DNA from: Amoebophrya sp. A120
Taxonomy: Eukaryota; Protista; Dinoflagellata
Length of the DNA: 64,000 nucleotides
Assembly (NCBI GenBank): GCA_905178155.1
Contig: CAJINV010000005.1
Span: forward strand, 7,370,989-7,434,988
Direction: 5' to 3'
Position 1 is the first letter of the stretch. Every line of letters starts with the position of its first letter. Position numbers and translations under genes: made by a program. Of the stretch, positions 37,001-48,699 are shown piece after piece. The notes below the pieces were generated by a model that did not search any database, was not told where the DNA came from, and saw nothing but the letters and a program-made list of their open reading frames with translations.

Positions 37001-39019
37001 AGACCGGGATTTCTATTTGTTCGACTACCGCGTTGACATCGGCGAGAAAATCAAGAAGCCAACCATTGTTATGAAATGCAAAAGCATCGTACTAGTAGAA
37101 ATCGCATTGCAAATCAGCATTAGCTGAAATGGAATTTGTAATGTGGTTTTACCTTCATAGAAAGCCTTGTAATGCATGACTGCGATTAGTGCGAGTGCCG
37201 ATACTTTTGCAATGCATAATTGTGTACGATTGGCGAAACACCGTCGCGGAAAAATTTTTCCAGACGGCGCTCCTCGAAGATGTCGAACGGAGAAAGGAGC
37301 AGATTAAAACCTGGCTGAGGAAGCGGCCGAACATAATGGAGGTCAGCTTCGACAAAACTCCGGGAAGAAATCTACTTTCAAACGGGTTGGCCGTTTTCCA
37401 GGAAAAGCCACAGACGGTTGAAGTTCTTGCTGAAGGCCAGGAAGCTTGTAAGGCGAGCGGTTCTCTCTCGGGTGTTGAAACAAAGACTCTTGTGCAGCAG
37501 GAAACCGTCTCGGTTTCATTCGATGTTCCTGCTGACAAAAAAGAAGGTTCTTCATCATCCGGTCGCGCTGCAACTCCTGCTGCCAAGAATGGTATTGACG
37601 ATAATTACCTCTCCAAAAAAGTGTTTCGTTTGGTGCTGGAATACCCAGCGAATTTTGACCACCACCGTTACGAGGTAGAGTACACCGTGACAGCTGGTGG
37701 GACCATCATGAACCTTCACGGCGATCAGCTCGGTACTTCAGCACCTTCCGCTGTGCTGGCTACTCCCGAGGCCATGGGCGCAACAAGTGCAGACGTTACA
37801 CCTCGTCCTTCATTCGGTGCTAAAACCAGCACGGCCGACGTTTATTTCATGCCCACGTCATCTCGTTGGTCCTTTATCCTTTTGACCTCCGCTGCTCGGA
37901 ATAAAATGGGAGTTAGCGAGACAGGAGACGATCCTTCAAGCCCCTCTTCCCTCCGCGCCAGAATCGTCGGGCCGCAACGCCGCAAAGATAGGTACCTGCC
38001 GACCGCGCTATTTGACGAGGAAACGGCTTGGTCGGTCGTGAACACAAAGAGAGCGGCTTCTAGTACTCCTGCCCATGGACGACCTCCACGGGTAGCAGCT
38101 GCGCCAGGACGAGCTATGGTGGTGTCAGGATTGAAATCGTCAAAGTTGAAATAATTTGCCATGCATAAAATGGATGCCAGTTGAAGCCCAGTTTCCAATT
38201 GGCGCATGACAAATTTGGGTAGAACCCAGATCCAGGTTGTCAGGCTGTTCGGGTAAAGACGACGCCTTTTGTCATGCTACTTTAGCAGCTCTTGTTCTAC
38301 CCCTCAACAGGCTTGCAATCTGCCTCCCTTGCGTCCTCTGCAATAGAGACGGTTTCTGCGTTGCACTTTATGCATGACAAACTCTTTCAACTTTGTCGAT
38401 TTCAATCCTGACGCTTCCATACGAGCGACTTCTTGGTTACAGGACGTCGGGGACGAACAAGAAACCATGCCGATTTTGGAATATGGCGCTCTCAACTGTT
38501 ACATTCTCAGCTGTTTCGTGAATTTGTCATGCAAAAACAGCGAATAGGGAAAGGGGAAAGCTTGCAAGTCTCGCATCACAAATTTGGCACGGATTCAGAT
38601 GCTGTCTAGCCCTTCGATAATTTGTCATGCGAAGCAGCTTGATCGGCTTGCGGCTCATGGTCATTTTGCATGACAAATCATGTAACAGCTGAGAATGTAA
38701 CGCTTGAAAACGCCATATGGAAAGCCAGCTTTTTCTGTTTGACTTTCGAGCAGGTAGTACAAGAACTCCGACGGAGATGAAAAATAAAATGCCGCTCGTA
38801 GCCCGGGTGCTTACCAGTGCGGGGCTGATCAACGGGGCCATTGCCGCGTCGGAGATTATGCAAGAACAGGGAAGGAAAGCCGAAGAGCGCGGGAGAAACC
38901 TTTTTAAATTTTTAGCACCGGGAGTCGGCCTGTCGGGGTTGTTCGTAGCAGACGAAATGGAGAACCAGATGGCAAAAGCGAAAGCGGGTCAACCTGTTCT
39001 TGAGGACCCAGCTGCATAA
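34086..39019 (+). CDS. Hypothetical protein with signal-peptide-like N-terminus, ~825 aa; interrupted by a 1.75-kb composite transposon and 3 introners
   Basis: N-terminus MIPSTPLFAAGRPQSLAVSAALLLSAFLASRPVLG. Frame restored (EED-NPMKRRKT) on removing 35069-36814 plus CAA. Spliced length 2478 nt. Confidence 0.65.
35240..36131. repeat. Foldback element: 397-bp inverted arms with 98-bp T-rich spacer
   Basis: Arms 35240-35636 and 35735-36131 (mirror ORFs in the track); CCATTTTTTG repeated 3 nt outside each arm. Confidence 0.9.
36297..36515. mobile_element. GC-rich hairpin MITE
   Basis: AACGTCACC...GGTGACGTT; near-palindromic throughout; flanks CCGCTAAA/CCGCTAAT. Confidence 0.65.
37070..37218. 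mobile_element. Introner family B
   Basis: TSD ATTGT. Confidence 0.92.
38115..38421. mobile_element. Introner family C
   Basis: TSD CGAGC. Confidence 0.92.
38482..38717. mobile_element. Introner family F
   Basis: TSD TGGAA. Confidence 0.92.
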
Positions 39020-40087
39020 GACGAGCGGATGTTTACCGTTTTTCTTGCCCGGCGTGAAACCAGATGAAACTTTCCGGTAGCAAGCTAAAAACGACAACCA
39101 CAAGTACAACTGAGGCGCTTCAACGAGCAGCATGCACGCACTTGTACTATGATCAATCAAGAAGATCACTTTTATTCGCATGTATATGTACACCCACCAC
39201 GTTCTACTTCTTTGTCTTTCAGCTATTCATTGTTCTGTTCCCTAGCTAGTCTTTCACCGCATTCCAGATCAATGTATGATTTGTACAATTCATAATACCC
39301 GCAATATTTTTATAGACTCGAATAGAAGAAGGAAAACAAAAATACGCGTCACGACCGTCTGGTGCAGCCGTGTCGTGAATGGAAAATTAAAAAGCGTTCA
39401 ATTGGATGAAGCCGCACCATGATTTTGATTTCTCAAGCATAAAACTTCTACTCCATCCGTAATATGCGGCGATTCGTAAACGAAAACGCACTTTTGAAAC
39501 GAGAATACCAAGAAACTGAAACTGCAGGCTCGCCCTGCAACTTCGAGCGCAGCTGCAAATGCTAGGAAAAAACTCTCAGATCCTGGCTTTCTTCATTCTC
39601 TACTACCGGTGGTTCAGTTTTTTTCGTTCCCGTTTTTATCAGACCGTGATTCTGTATGTGCTGAAACTGGCTCGGAACTGTTGAACACAAGTTTTGCAGC
39701 TTTTCCCCTTCGTTTTCTATCTCTATTTTCTCTTCCTGTGAAGGAACTTGGAATTACTTTGGAGATGACCTATTGATGATCCGCGTCATCTGAATCGTCT
39801 TTCTATGCTCGTTTGAATTGGTCGTGGTAGCTCTGTGTACTTGAACCTGTTAGTTATGGTTTCTTGTCGTCTTGATGCTAGCGTAGTAGATACAGCCAAA
39901 GCCGATTGCGTCGTCACGGACGAAGATGTTTCAGAAGTTCCTGAACAATTGGATGGCACCAGAGATGAAACAGTCATGTGTGGTCTGAAACGACTCATAT
40001 CTTTTGCTCTCTCTCCTGCAGCGAGAAGTTTGTAGCCCTAGTCACAGTAGATTCATCATCGCCAGCTAAACCTAAAGTAAGAAAAAA

Positions 40088-43000
40088 ATGCAGGACCCCG
40101 CTGCACAGCACCCCCAGCAGCAGTCCACCAGCACCTCTCTCAAGGAGCTCTGTCGGGACTTTTTCGTCGAAGAGCTCCTCAGGAAAACCATTTCCCTCTC
40201 CGGAGGAGGTGATGGCCGTTCTCAACATATGCACTGCAAATATGTCTTTTGGGTCCTTAAGGATGTACGGTTTGTCATGCTTGTGTGGCATGAGTGAAGA
40301 GTTTGTGATGCGTGTCCAAGAAGAGACTTTCTTTCTATATGCAAAGACTCAGTCTATCATGCGGAGAGCGCAACTACACGAGACCGCGCAAATATTTCTC
40401 ACCGTGCTTGGCTATGCATTACAGATCATTTCACTATTCACAATTCAGCATTGCAAGTTTCCAGACACAGACATATTTGCAATGCATAAAGCAGGGTAAT
40501 TCGCCACAGGGACGAGAGCAGTTCGAGGGCGGAGTAGATTCTATCAAAAGGAAATATCCCCCCTCCCCATATCGGAACGACGTTTCTGATGCTGGATTTG
40601 CGTACACAAATCAGGTCTGTCTTGCTGGAGAGGACTGCAGGCATATGCCAAGCCTGAGTCGAGAGGTTTGGACGTAGGCGACTAGCATGACAGATGTCGG
40701 CTCTGTAAGCCCAACAGCATCACAAGCCGCCTGCATAATGCTGCCGACTCTCTGGCTTTGTCTTCTTGCAAGACAAACGCGATTTGTGACCTCAAATCAC
40801 CAACACAAATGTTCGGAGTCATACCTTTTCAATATGGGGAGGGGGGATTTTGCCTCACAATAGATTCGCCGCAGTCACCAACGGTAGATGTTGCCAAAAA
40901 TCTAAATGCGGCGGACACTCAAAACAAATTCCTGGTGATCTGCGACCAGTGCGGTTTGCGCGTTTTGAACAGCATCTGCAGGTTGTCCGACCTCTACGAA
41001 ACCGGGGTAACCGCGGTAGAAGCGCTGGAGTCGAAGGATAGGCAACCTATTCCGTCGTTGGATGGGGTGTATTTTATCGACCCGGAGGATGCCGATAGCG
41101 TCGGGATTTTGCTGAAGCAGGTACTATGTAGTGCGGGTAAGTTTTGACGACCGGCGCTGTCTTGAAGATAGTGATCCTGGTCATCTACGATTCATCTTTG
41201 TGAGACAGTGTAACAATCAAAGCCAAACAAGAAAAATCTCCCAAATACATAGCTGGTCGACTACTAATTGTCCCTGCTTCTTCTCAGGAGGGAGGTGGAC
41301 TCTGCGTCTGCTACAGTAACAGTGGGATTCTATGCCAATATGATGTAGCTGCCATAATTTGCAAACTTCAGGACTTTCCCATCCCGACCGCCGCTGCGCC
41401 CGACCCAGTCGCCAATCTCGCCGGTAACACGAATCCAATGTCGCTCTCCGCCGCAACAGCAGCATTGAAATCGAAACTGCCGAAGACAAGTTCGCAACAG
41501 AAGGAGCAGATCCAGCATGACAACGTGCATCTTTTCTTCACCCGGAAATGCCCCGATGAAGTCCTCCGAGAACTTTCCCGGCACCCGCTGCTCGCCCCGA
41601 GGATAAGAAACGTCGTGGAGATCCCTTTGGGTCAGTTCCAACTCTTCCACAAAAACGTGTTTCACTTGGATTTATCCGGCGGGCTGCGAAATCCGAAACT
41701 GTTTTCCGCGAATTTTCTGCAAAACAGCAACACAAATGCAGCAAATAATCGGGACTCGTTTGGGAATCTGAAAAACTGGAGCAAGGACACTCGGGGGAGG
41801 ATTCTGTCAGACAAAGGCTCGAGCTCTGCCAGCTCGCCGGTCGGAGAGAACTACGATGGAGTAGACAACAACGGCACACAGCCTCATGAGGATGAAAATG
41901 TCCGGAACGGTACTATCAAATGCAAATATGTCTGGGTCTGGAACAGTGGAACTCGTGATGCGTGTCTTGCATTCCTGGAAAATCTGGGTTGCATGAGCAG
42001 CAAAAGAGGAACTTCCTTCGTGGTCATGCAGAAATGCAATTTGTGATGCGTGCTAGGCATCAGCAGGCGCGTCAAAAACTTGGCATGCTCGGCTGCCATT
42101 GCAAGCAATTCAATCATGCTCAATTCAGCATCATAGGTTTCCAGACCCAGACATATCTGCAATGCATAGGTACCGCTTTGACGCAGCGATCACTTTCTCT
42201 CCTGCCCAACGTCAACCACTTCTACCCGAGGTTTGCCAGGCTGCACGACACGGTCGCAGGCCTGTATCAGCTGTGCAAAGTGCTGAGCTACAACGGTGGT
42301 ACGACTGGGGGTGCCGCCGGTGGTATAATACCAGGGCAACAAAATCGCGCAGGTTCCTGCTCCTTCGACCTGGATATCCGGTTCCAAAAGGATTCCATCG
42401 GTATACGCATTGCAAATATTTCTGGGTCTGGAAGAATGCAAACTTGTGATGCGCATTTCACAACACATAAAAATCTCTCATGCATAGGCAGCAAAAGCTG
42501 CCCACTTTCTGTCACCAAAGCCGGGCATTTGTGATGCAGATTCGGCATTGCGGAAGCTTCTCGAAACCTGTGATGCTAGAGCTTCCATGCCAGACCTTTT
42601 GTGCAATGCAAAAGCAGCACGACTCTTCCAGACCCAGACACTTTTGCCTTTGATAGGGTAACATGTGCTACAACTTGGCACGAAAGCTGATTCAGGAACA
42701 CAACTATCCTGTGCAAAAGCATCGCACTCGTACTAATCACAGTCATGCAAGACAAGTTTCTTTTTCAAGCTAAATCAGCATGACAAATTCCATTCCTCAT
42801 GCTGAGCTCATTTGTATTGCAATACTACGAGTGCGATAATTTTGCAGTTCATAACAACCGAAATTTCTCCAGCGGGGGAGCAGGTTCTAGTAGTAGAGGC
42901 CGGGCGTCGTCTGACCCGAGGGGCCAGGCGTCTTCGATGGGTGGTGGTATGAACAGGCGGGGTAGAGAGACAGGTGGCGGCGCCGGAGCAGGTTTGGTAT

Positions 43001-46000
43001 CTTCTGCTGGAAAGAAAGTGGAGATTCTAATTTTAGAACGTGCCTTTATGGGTGTGTCAGGATTGTAATCGATAAAGTTGGAATAATCTGTGATGCATAA
43101 AATGCAAGGCACGAAGTGACTGTCTTGCAGGGATTGCAAGTGAGGCCGATTGTGAGCCTGTTTCGGGTTTTGGATAGAGCTGCTAAAGTAGCATGACAAA
43201 GGATGCCTTCTTTATTCGCTAAACAGCATGACAAATTGGATTATGATGGCATCAACATTTGTCATGCGTCGCTTGAAAATTGGGATAGCAACTGGTATCG
43301 GTCTTATGCATCACAAATTTGTCAACCTTGTCAGTTTCAATCCTGACAGTTCCATAGTTTTTGATCTCCCGGCCTGCTTCGTCCACGAGTACACGTATGA
43401 AGTATGAAGTGCAAATGTGTGTACGTCTGGGTCAGGAATCTTGTGATGCTGAAACTCGCATTGCAGAGTAGCCGCATGTACGGCATAAGAGCGTAAGAGG
43501 TTGTTTTGCGAGGCCTAGGGGTAGTGCCGGATCATTCGCAAAACGCATGACAAACTGACACTGGGTTTCACAGCATGACAAGAGAACTAGCCAATCGCAT
43601 TTATGCATCACAAATCCTTGTTGCCCTTGACATCTTGCATCACAAATTCAGACACAGACGTATTTGCGATGCATACGAAGCCCTGGTCTACGATGTTTTG
43701 GACGACGCCATGGAGCAGTCGGCGAACAACCTGAGCTACATATCGCAAGAAAAAATCTCTCTCTGTAAACTTGTGATGCAGAAAGTGCATCACTAGGCTG
43801 TTTGTCTTGGTACACATGCGAGACACTTGATGTGCAGCTGTGTTTTGTATTTGTTCCCGTAGGAACCACTAAAATGGGCCGTCTTTTTTCTTGTCATGTG
43901 CTGTAGCGAAGAACTTGTCTTGCAAAACCTGCAAAGTCCTATAGGGTGAAGCACTTTTTTCGTGCGATACCACGCGAAGTATGGGCTGAATATTGAAACA
44001 GGAGTGATAAACACCACCACAGCCGCATCCTCCGCTACTTCAGGGACATCAAATCATGCAAGTACGGAACAGCACGTTTTAGCGGACGATTTATGGGAAC
44101 AGTTAAAAGCGCAGCACTTCGTGGACGCGCAGAGCTACGTTTTGACCCAAGCCGGGAAGCTATCGGAGCAGTTTGGTGGGCTCGCACAGTTGGAAAAGCA
44201 AGGTAGAGTTAGTTGGTTTCATGTCTAACGTACAACTCTGCACAATGACTAGTAACAGCAGGTTGCGATCTTGGTGATAATTGCAGCTGGTCCTCCTGCG
44301 GTGGCGCCTTCGTTGCATATGCATTTATTCGCAAGATATAAAAAGTACGGCACTGTGTACTAAGTAATGGTTGATCAACATCAAAAAGTTATCAGGTGGG
44401 CAACAGCTTTCCACGGAGGCCCTTGCGCAGATGGTAAGAGAGCGACCACAGTACCAGGAATTGCTGCGCAAATACCACTTTCACGTGGACCTATTCGAAA
44501 AAGCCGCTTACCAGCTGAACGAGGATAAACTGATGGGCACCTCCAGCAACCAGCAAATGAATAACAACGCCTCGGTATCCTGACAAAAAACGTCCCCACA
44601 CCAGAGTCAAGATGGCCAATCTGCTAGACAAATCAACCAGCTGCGGTTGCTGCGCATGACAAGTTTGGCCTCATAGTGTAATCCTATTGAGCTAGCTCCA
44701 GCAGCATGACAGATCTAGCCTACCATGCTGGTGCGAGCGTCGCAAATTGCGAAACACGACTAGGAAACGCCTCTCATGGGGCTCGACATGAGAAATATTT
44801 TTTGCCATGCAGATTGCCATACCATTTTTACCCAGAATACTCGGCGATCCCGATCGAGCTCTGCGTGTTCGAACAAGATTTAGCGACGGGGGTGGACCTA
44901 TCAAGTGCAAAAATGTCTGGGTCTGGAAGATTGCAAGGTTTGTCATGCACGTTTTGCATGACCCAAGATGTCTGTGATGTATGCCACAGCATCACAGATT
45001 TTTTGCGGGCATCTTGATGCCTATCCCGCATGAGAAATGCCCTCTCCGCGGAGCTAAAACTGCACGCCTCTTGCTGCTCATGCAATACAGATTTTTTTAG
45101 ATTCCAAAAATTGCATAAGAGCGGGGTAACAAATGACCCGTTAACTCGCACCCGCGAGTTAGCCGGCCGCCCGGCCGGCCGGACGGTTAACTCGCGGTTA
45201 GCAGTGTAGACATATCGAAAGGTGGCGCGAATCTAACCCGAAGCTTTCGCCAATCCTCAATCCAGCGCGCTGATTGAGAATTTTTTTATCGTGCTTATTT
45301 ATAAACGAAATCGATTGCAAAACACGGCGGAAAAACCGTAACAGGCTTCATTTTTTGCAATTCGAAACGAGGAAAGTTTTTCATGCGTCAGCAGCGTAAA
45401 GCGTCGCTATCATTGCAGTTCATCTAGCGAACGCTGAGAGAGGGCGAGCTAAACTCCGCCTGCGATCTGGCGCTTGTTTAAATCGCCATGTTATAGCGGT
45501 GACGCAATAAAATTCTCAATCAGCATGCTCGAATGAGGATTGGCGAGCACTTCGGGTTAGATTTGTGCCACCTTTCGACTTGTCTACACTTCTAACCGCG
45601 AGTTAACCGTCCGGCCGGCCGGGCGGACGGCTAACTCGCGGGTGCGAGTTAACGGGTCATTTGTTACCCCGCTCTAACAAGTTGCATTCTTCCAGACCCA
45701 GACAATTTTGCAATCCATAGGACCGCGAGGGCCGGGAGATGAAAGTGCTGCGGTTTAACAGTTTGTTACAACAGATTCTGAACAACTCCGCTTCGAGCAG
45801 CTACAGCTCGGACCCGAACTTTATCCCGATGGAAACGAAAGTCCGGCTTTTGTTGTTGTATTTCTCAGTATGAAAGTGCACAACTCCCCCTCCCCCTCAC
45901 TTGTATTGCATGAACAGCAATACAAGCGTCAGCAAGAACACAGGTTTTGCATGACAAATTTATTTGGACAGGCGTGTAGTGCAGCTATTTGGGCTGCCAG

Positions 46001-47606
46001 AACTTGTCATGTAAACAGTGCCATCAAGAGCTTGCCCAGGCGTAAATTAGGTATTTTGCATGAGAAATGAGAACGAGGGGGAGTTGTGCACTCTCATACT
46101 CAGTGATCGGAAACGTCCCGGATTCTAGTAGAAGACAACTGTTGGACGCTGCGCGGTTGACAAACACCGAACAACAAATGGTGTTGAGTTTGATGGAGAT
46201 GGCCAATTCGAGCAACGTGAACAACTCTGCTGCAATGGCACAGCAACAGAACGCGAAGCAGAGCCAAAATGCGCCGTTTCACCGGTCTAGCGCGAAGGAG
46301 GTGAAGAAATACAAGCAGATCGCAAAATCTATCACAGGAAAAAGTGTTAACCTTAACGAAATTTGTGATGCAGTCATGTATCAGAAAAGGTGGTCAAATT
46401 TGTATTGCATAGCATGCACTGTAGGAAAAAATTGTCATGCATAACCGCAATCTCCGAATAAAACCGTTAACGTTAACACTTTTCCTTCCAATAAAATCTG
46501 CCCGGTTTGACATGACGAGATTCGAGCCGAGAGTGAAGGATTTTGCGGAAACCTTGATCAACAATCAGCTGGACAATTTACTGGATGCCAACGGTGGGGA
46601 AATCTTCGCTTCCATGTCATCTACAGGAAACAATACTTCGAAGAGCAGATCTACTGCGACGGGAGTAGATGAAAATACCGGGACATCCAACCACCTGAAA
46701 ACGGTCGAAACCGCATTGGACCAGGTAGACGTTACCTCCTGGTCGTTTGGCGGAGGTTCTGGGGGGTTGGGGGCGACTCCGGGGAGGGCGAGCCAGATGA
46801 ATAAACCGCCAAGCAACAGGAACAATCAAGACCAAGTCGCAAGAGCCTCCGCGGCAACCACTTCCCCCGAAAGGGGGAGGAAAAGGTTTGGGTCTGCCGG
46901 CGGAATCTTCAGAGGTGGAGGCACGGCGGGAAGTTATAACGACGCAACAGGAACAAGTACCGCTTCTGCGTCGAACCAACGGCGGGATATTATTGTCTTC
47001 ATTATCGGCGGGATTACGCTGTCGGAGATCCGGGAACTGGAGAAGATACAAGAGTCCAATGCGAACGTAAATTTGCTCATCTATGGCGTTCTCAAACGCT
47101 ACATTCTCAACTGTTACATGAATTTGTAATGCAAGACTGGCACAGGTAAGACAGAGAATCTTGCGCGTCTTGCATTACAGGTTTGGTGCGGACTACAGTG
47201 CTATTTAGCCCTCCGAGAATTTGTCATGCGAAGCAGCTTGATCGTCTGGCGGGTCATGGTAATTTTGCATGAAAAATCAGGTAACAGTTGAGAATGTAAC
47301 GTTTGAGAACCCCATATCATCGGCGGCTCGCAGGTTCTGACGCCGAAGAAGATGTTGCAGTTCTTGAAAGAAGAGCATGAGATGCTTGGTGGAGGAGCTG
47401 GCGGCCATGACAACGACCAGGATGGAGGTTTTTATAATCCACCGGGAAGAAGTGGTCCTGGGATGGGCGGTGGAGTCAGCAACAACTATGGCAGAAACAA
47501 CAACGGAAAGAACGGCAGGAATAGCGATCGGAATGTGTATGGTGCCAGCATGTACGATCGTGGCGGGGGTGGAATGACGCGGGGAGGAGGCGGGAATTAT
47601 GTGTAA
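40088..47606 (+). CDS. Sec1/Munc18 (SM) family vesicle-fusion protein, ~1081 aa, 15 introns
   Basis: Motifs KFLVICDQCGLRVLNSICRLSDLYETGVTAVE...RQPIPSLDGVYFIDP, ILILERAFDL...HEYTYEALVYDVL, DDLWEQLK, PQYQELLRKYHFH, EQDLATGVD, IIVFIIGGITLSEIR...IGGSQVLTP. Spliced length 3246 nt. Confidence 0.93.
40228..40488. mobile_element. Introner family A (diverged)
   Basis: TSD CAACA/AAGCA. Confidence 0.85.
40542..40862. mobile_element. Introner family G (TIR TATCAAAAGGAAA.ATCCCCC.TCCCCATAT)
   Basis: TSD GATTC; close relative of 53464-53787. Confidence 0.92.
41121..41371 (+). other. Canonical GT-AG intron (Sec1 gene)
   Basis: GTACTA...CTTCAG giving LLKQ-DFP; an alternative in-frame AG exists at 41287. 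Confidence 0.7.
41914..42168. mobile_element. Introner family A
   Basis: TSD GGTAC (allows GT-AG). Confidence 0.92.
42404..42655. mobile_element. Introner family A
   Basis: TSD CGGTA/GGGTA; left end TAC. Confidence 0.88.
42705..42853. mobile_element. Introner family B
   Basis: TSD ACAAC. Confidence 0.92.
43047..43356. mobile_element. Introner family C
   Basis: TSD GCCTT/GTTTT; splits the Sec1 LER-AFDL motif. Confidence 0.9.
43403..43675. mobile_element. Introner, family A-like
   Basis: TSD TGAAG/CGAAG; splits HEYTYE-AL. Confidence 0.9.
43741..43969. mobile_element. Introner family H
   Basis: TSD CTACA/CCACG. Confidence 0.82.
44203..44395 (+). other. Canonical GT-AG intron (Sec1 gene)
   Basis: GTAGAG...TATCAG; joins KQ-GGQQLS. 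Confidence 0.8.
44576..44839. mobile_element. Introner family D
   Basis: TSD CTCGG. Confidence 0.9.
44899..45719. mobile_element. Introner family A carrying a nested MITE
   Basis: TSD GGACC; 262 bp without the insert. Confidence 0.9.
45119..45674. mobile_element. PIF/Harbinger-like MITE
   Basis: ~165-bp TIR starting GAGCGGGGTAACAAATGACCCG; TSD TAA. Confidence 0.88.
45869..46098. mobile_element. Introner family E
   Basis: TSD CTCAG. Confidence 0.92.
46330..46493. mobile_element. Introner family H
   Basis: TSD AAATC. Confidence 0.9.
47082..47316. mobile_element. Introner family F
   Basis: TSD TCATC. Confidence 0.92.
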
Positions 47607-48699
47607 TAGTTGGGTTTTTTCGTGTCATGATCCCAGGAACCAGATCCAGATGATTGAACATATATAAGCGACAGGAGTGCTGGTCCACGTGGACAGCATT
47701 GCAACTGCAGGGACGAGAGTCGACGCCTTACAGAAACGAATGAACACGACAGAAATGAATGAACACGACAGGTTGCGCTACGTTGTACAACTATGAGAAT
47801 CTTCTTCACGAGCATGTGCTGCAATTATGCAATGGTCACCAGTGACCTTGACCGACGCGGCAGAAATACACCACGTCGTCAACCAATTTTGTACACTTTC
47901 GTAGCACCGCGAAGTTATCAGCAATTAGTCACTACGAAGGACACCGCGAGGACTCCTGAAAAAAAACGGCGTCTATTCCTTCTCTATCGTATCACTCGTT
48001 GAGGTAGCTGAGGGAACTGCGGAGAGAGAGAACTACTAGAGGAAAATGAGAGACAGACAAGACATACAGCTCGTAGTTTCTTGATTCGAATCTAACCTTC
48101 GTTCGAAATCGTCGTAATAACACTCGTAAATACCACCAGCAGTAGCACGTGGATTCGAATTTTCGTGCACTTTTTCCACAGACAAAAATCATTCGTGCAG
48201 ATGAAAATTTGTCGCTTCGTGCTGTTCGTCTCATTCGTGCGATAAGAGCGATCGTCTTCAATCGCAACTTCTTATGCAGCACATGTATTGATACCATCGC
48301 GTCTTTTCGTGGAGGTGTTGCTCGCACATTTGTTTGAGGAGGAAAGGATCGATCCCTATTGTTTGCTTTTTTGAAATTGAAAACCAGGGCCCTAATACAG
48401 GAATTTCAGTTTATTTCGACGTCAAATACCTCCTGCGCGTGGTGTTCTTACTTTTGTTCTTTCCAGAGTTCTTGATCTGCCCTGGCGGTAGCATCTTGAC
48501 TCTGAGCCATAGGACCTTTCTAGTTTGAACTTTCTACTTTCTCGTCTTTCAGAAGGAGAAGTCTAGTGCAGTGCATAAAAGTTAAACTACAACTTGATTC
48601 GTGGTAAACACGGCTTGACTGCTTATTTTCGCAAGTAAATGTTGTAAAACTTGAACAGCCTCGTCCCGACCCCTAGTACTCGTTGAACAATAAACCAAG

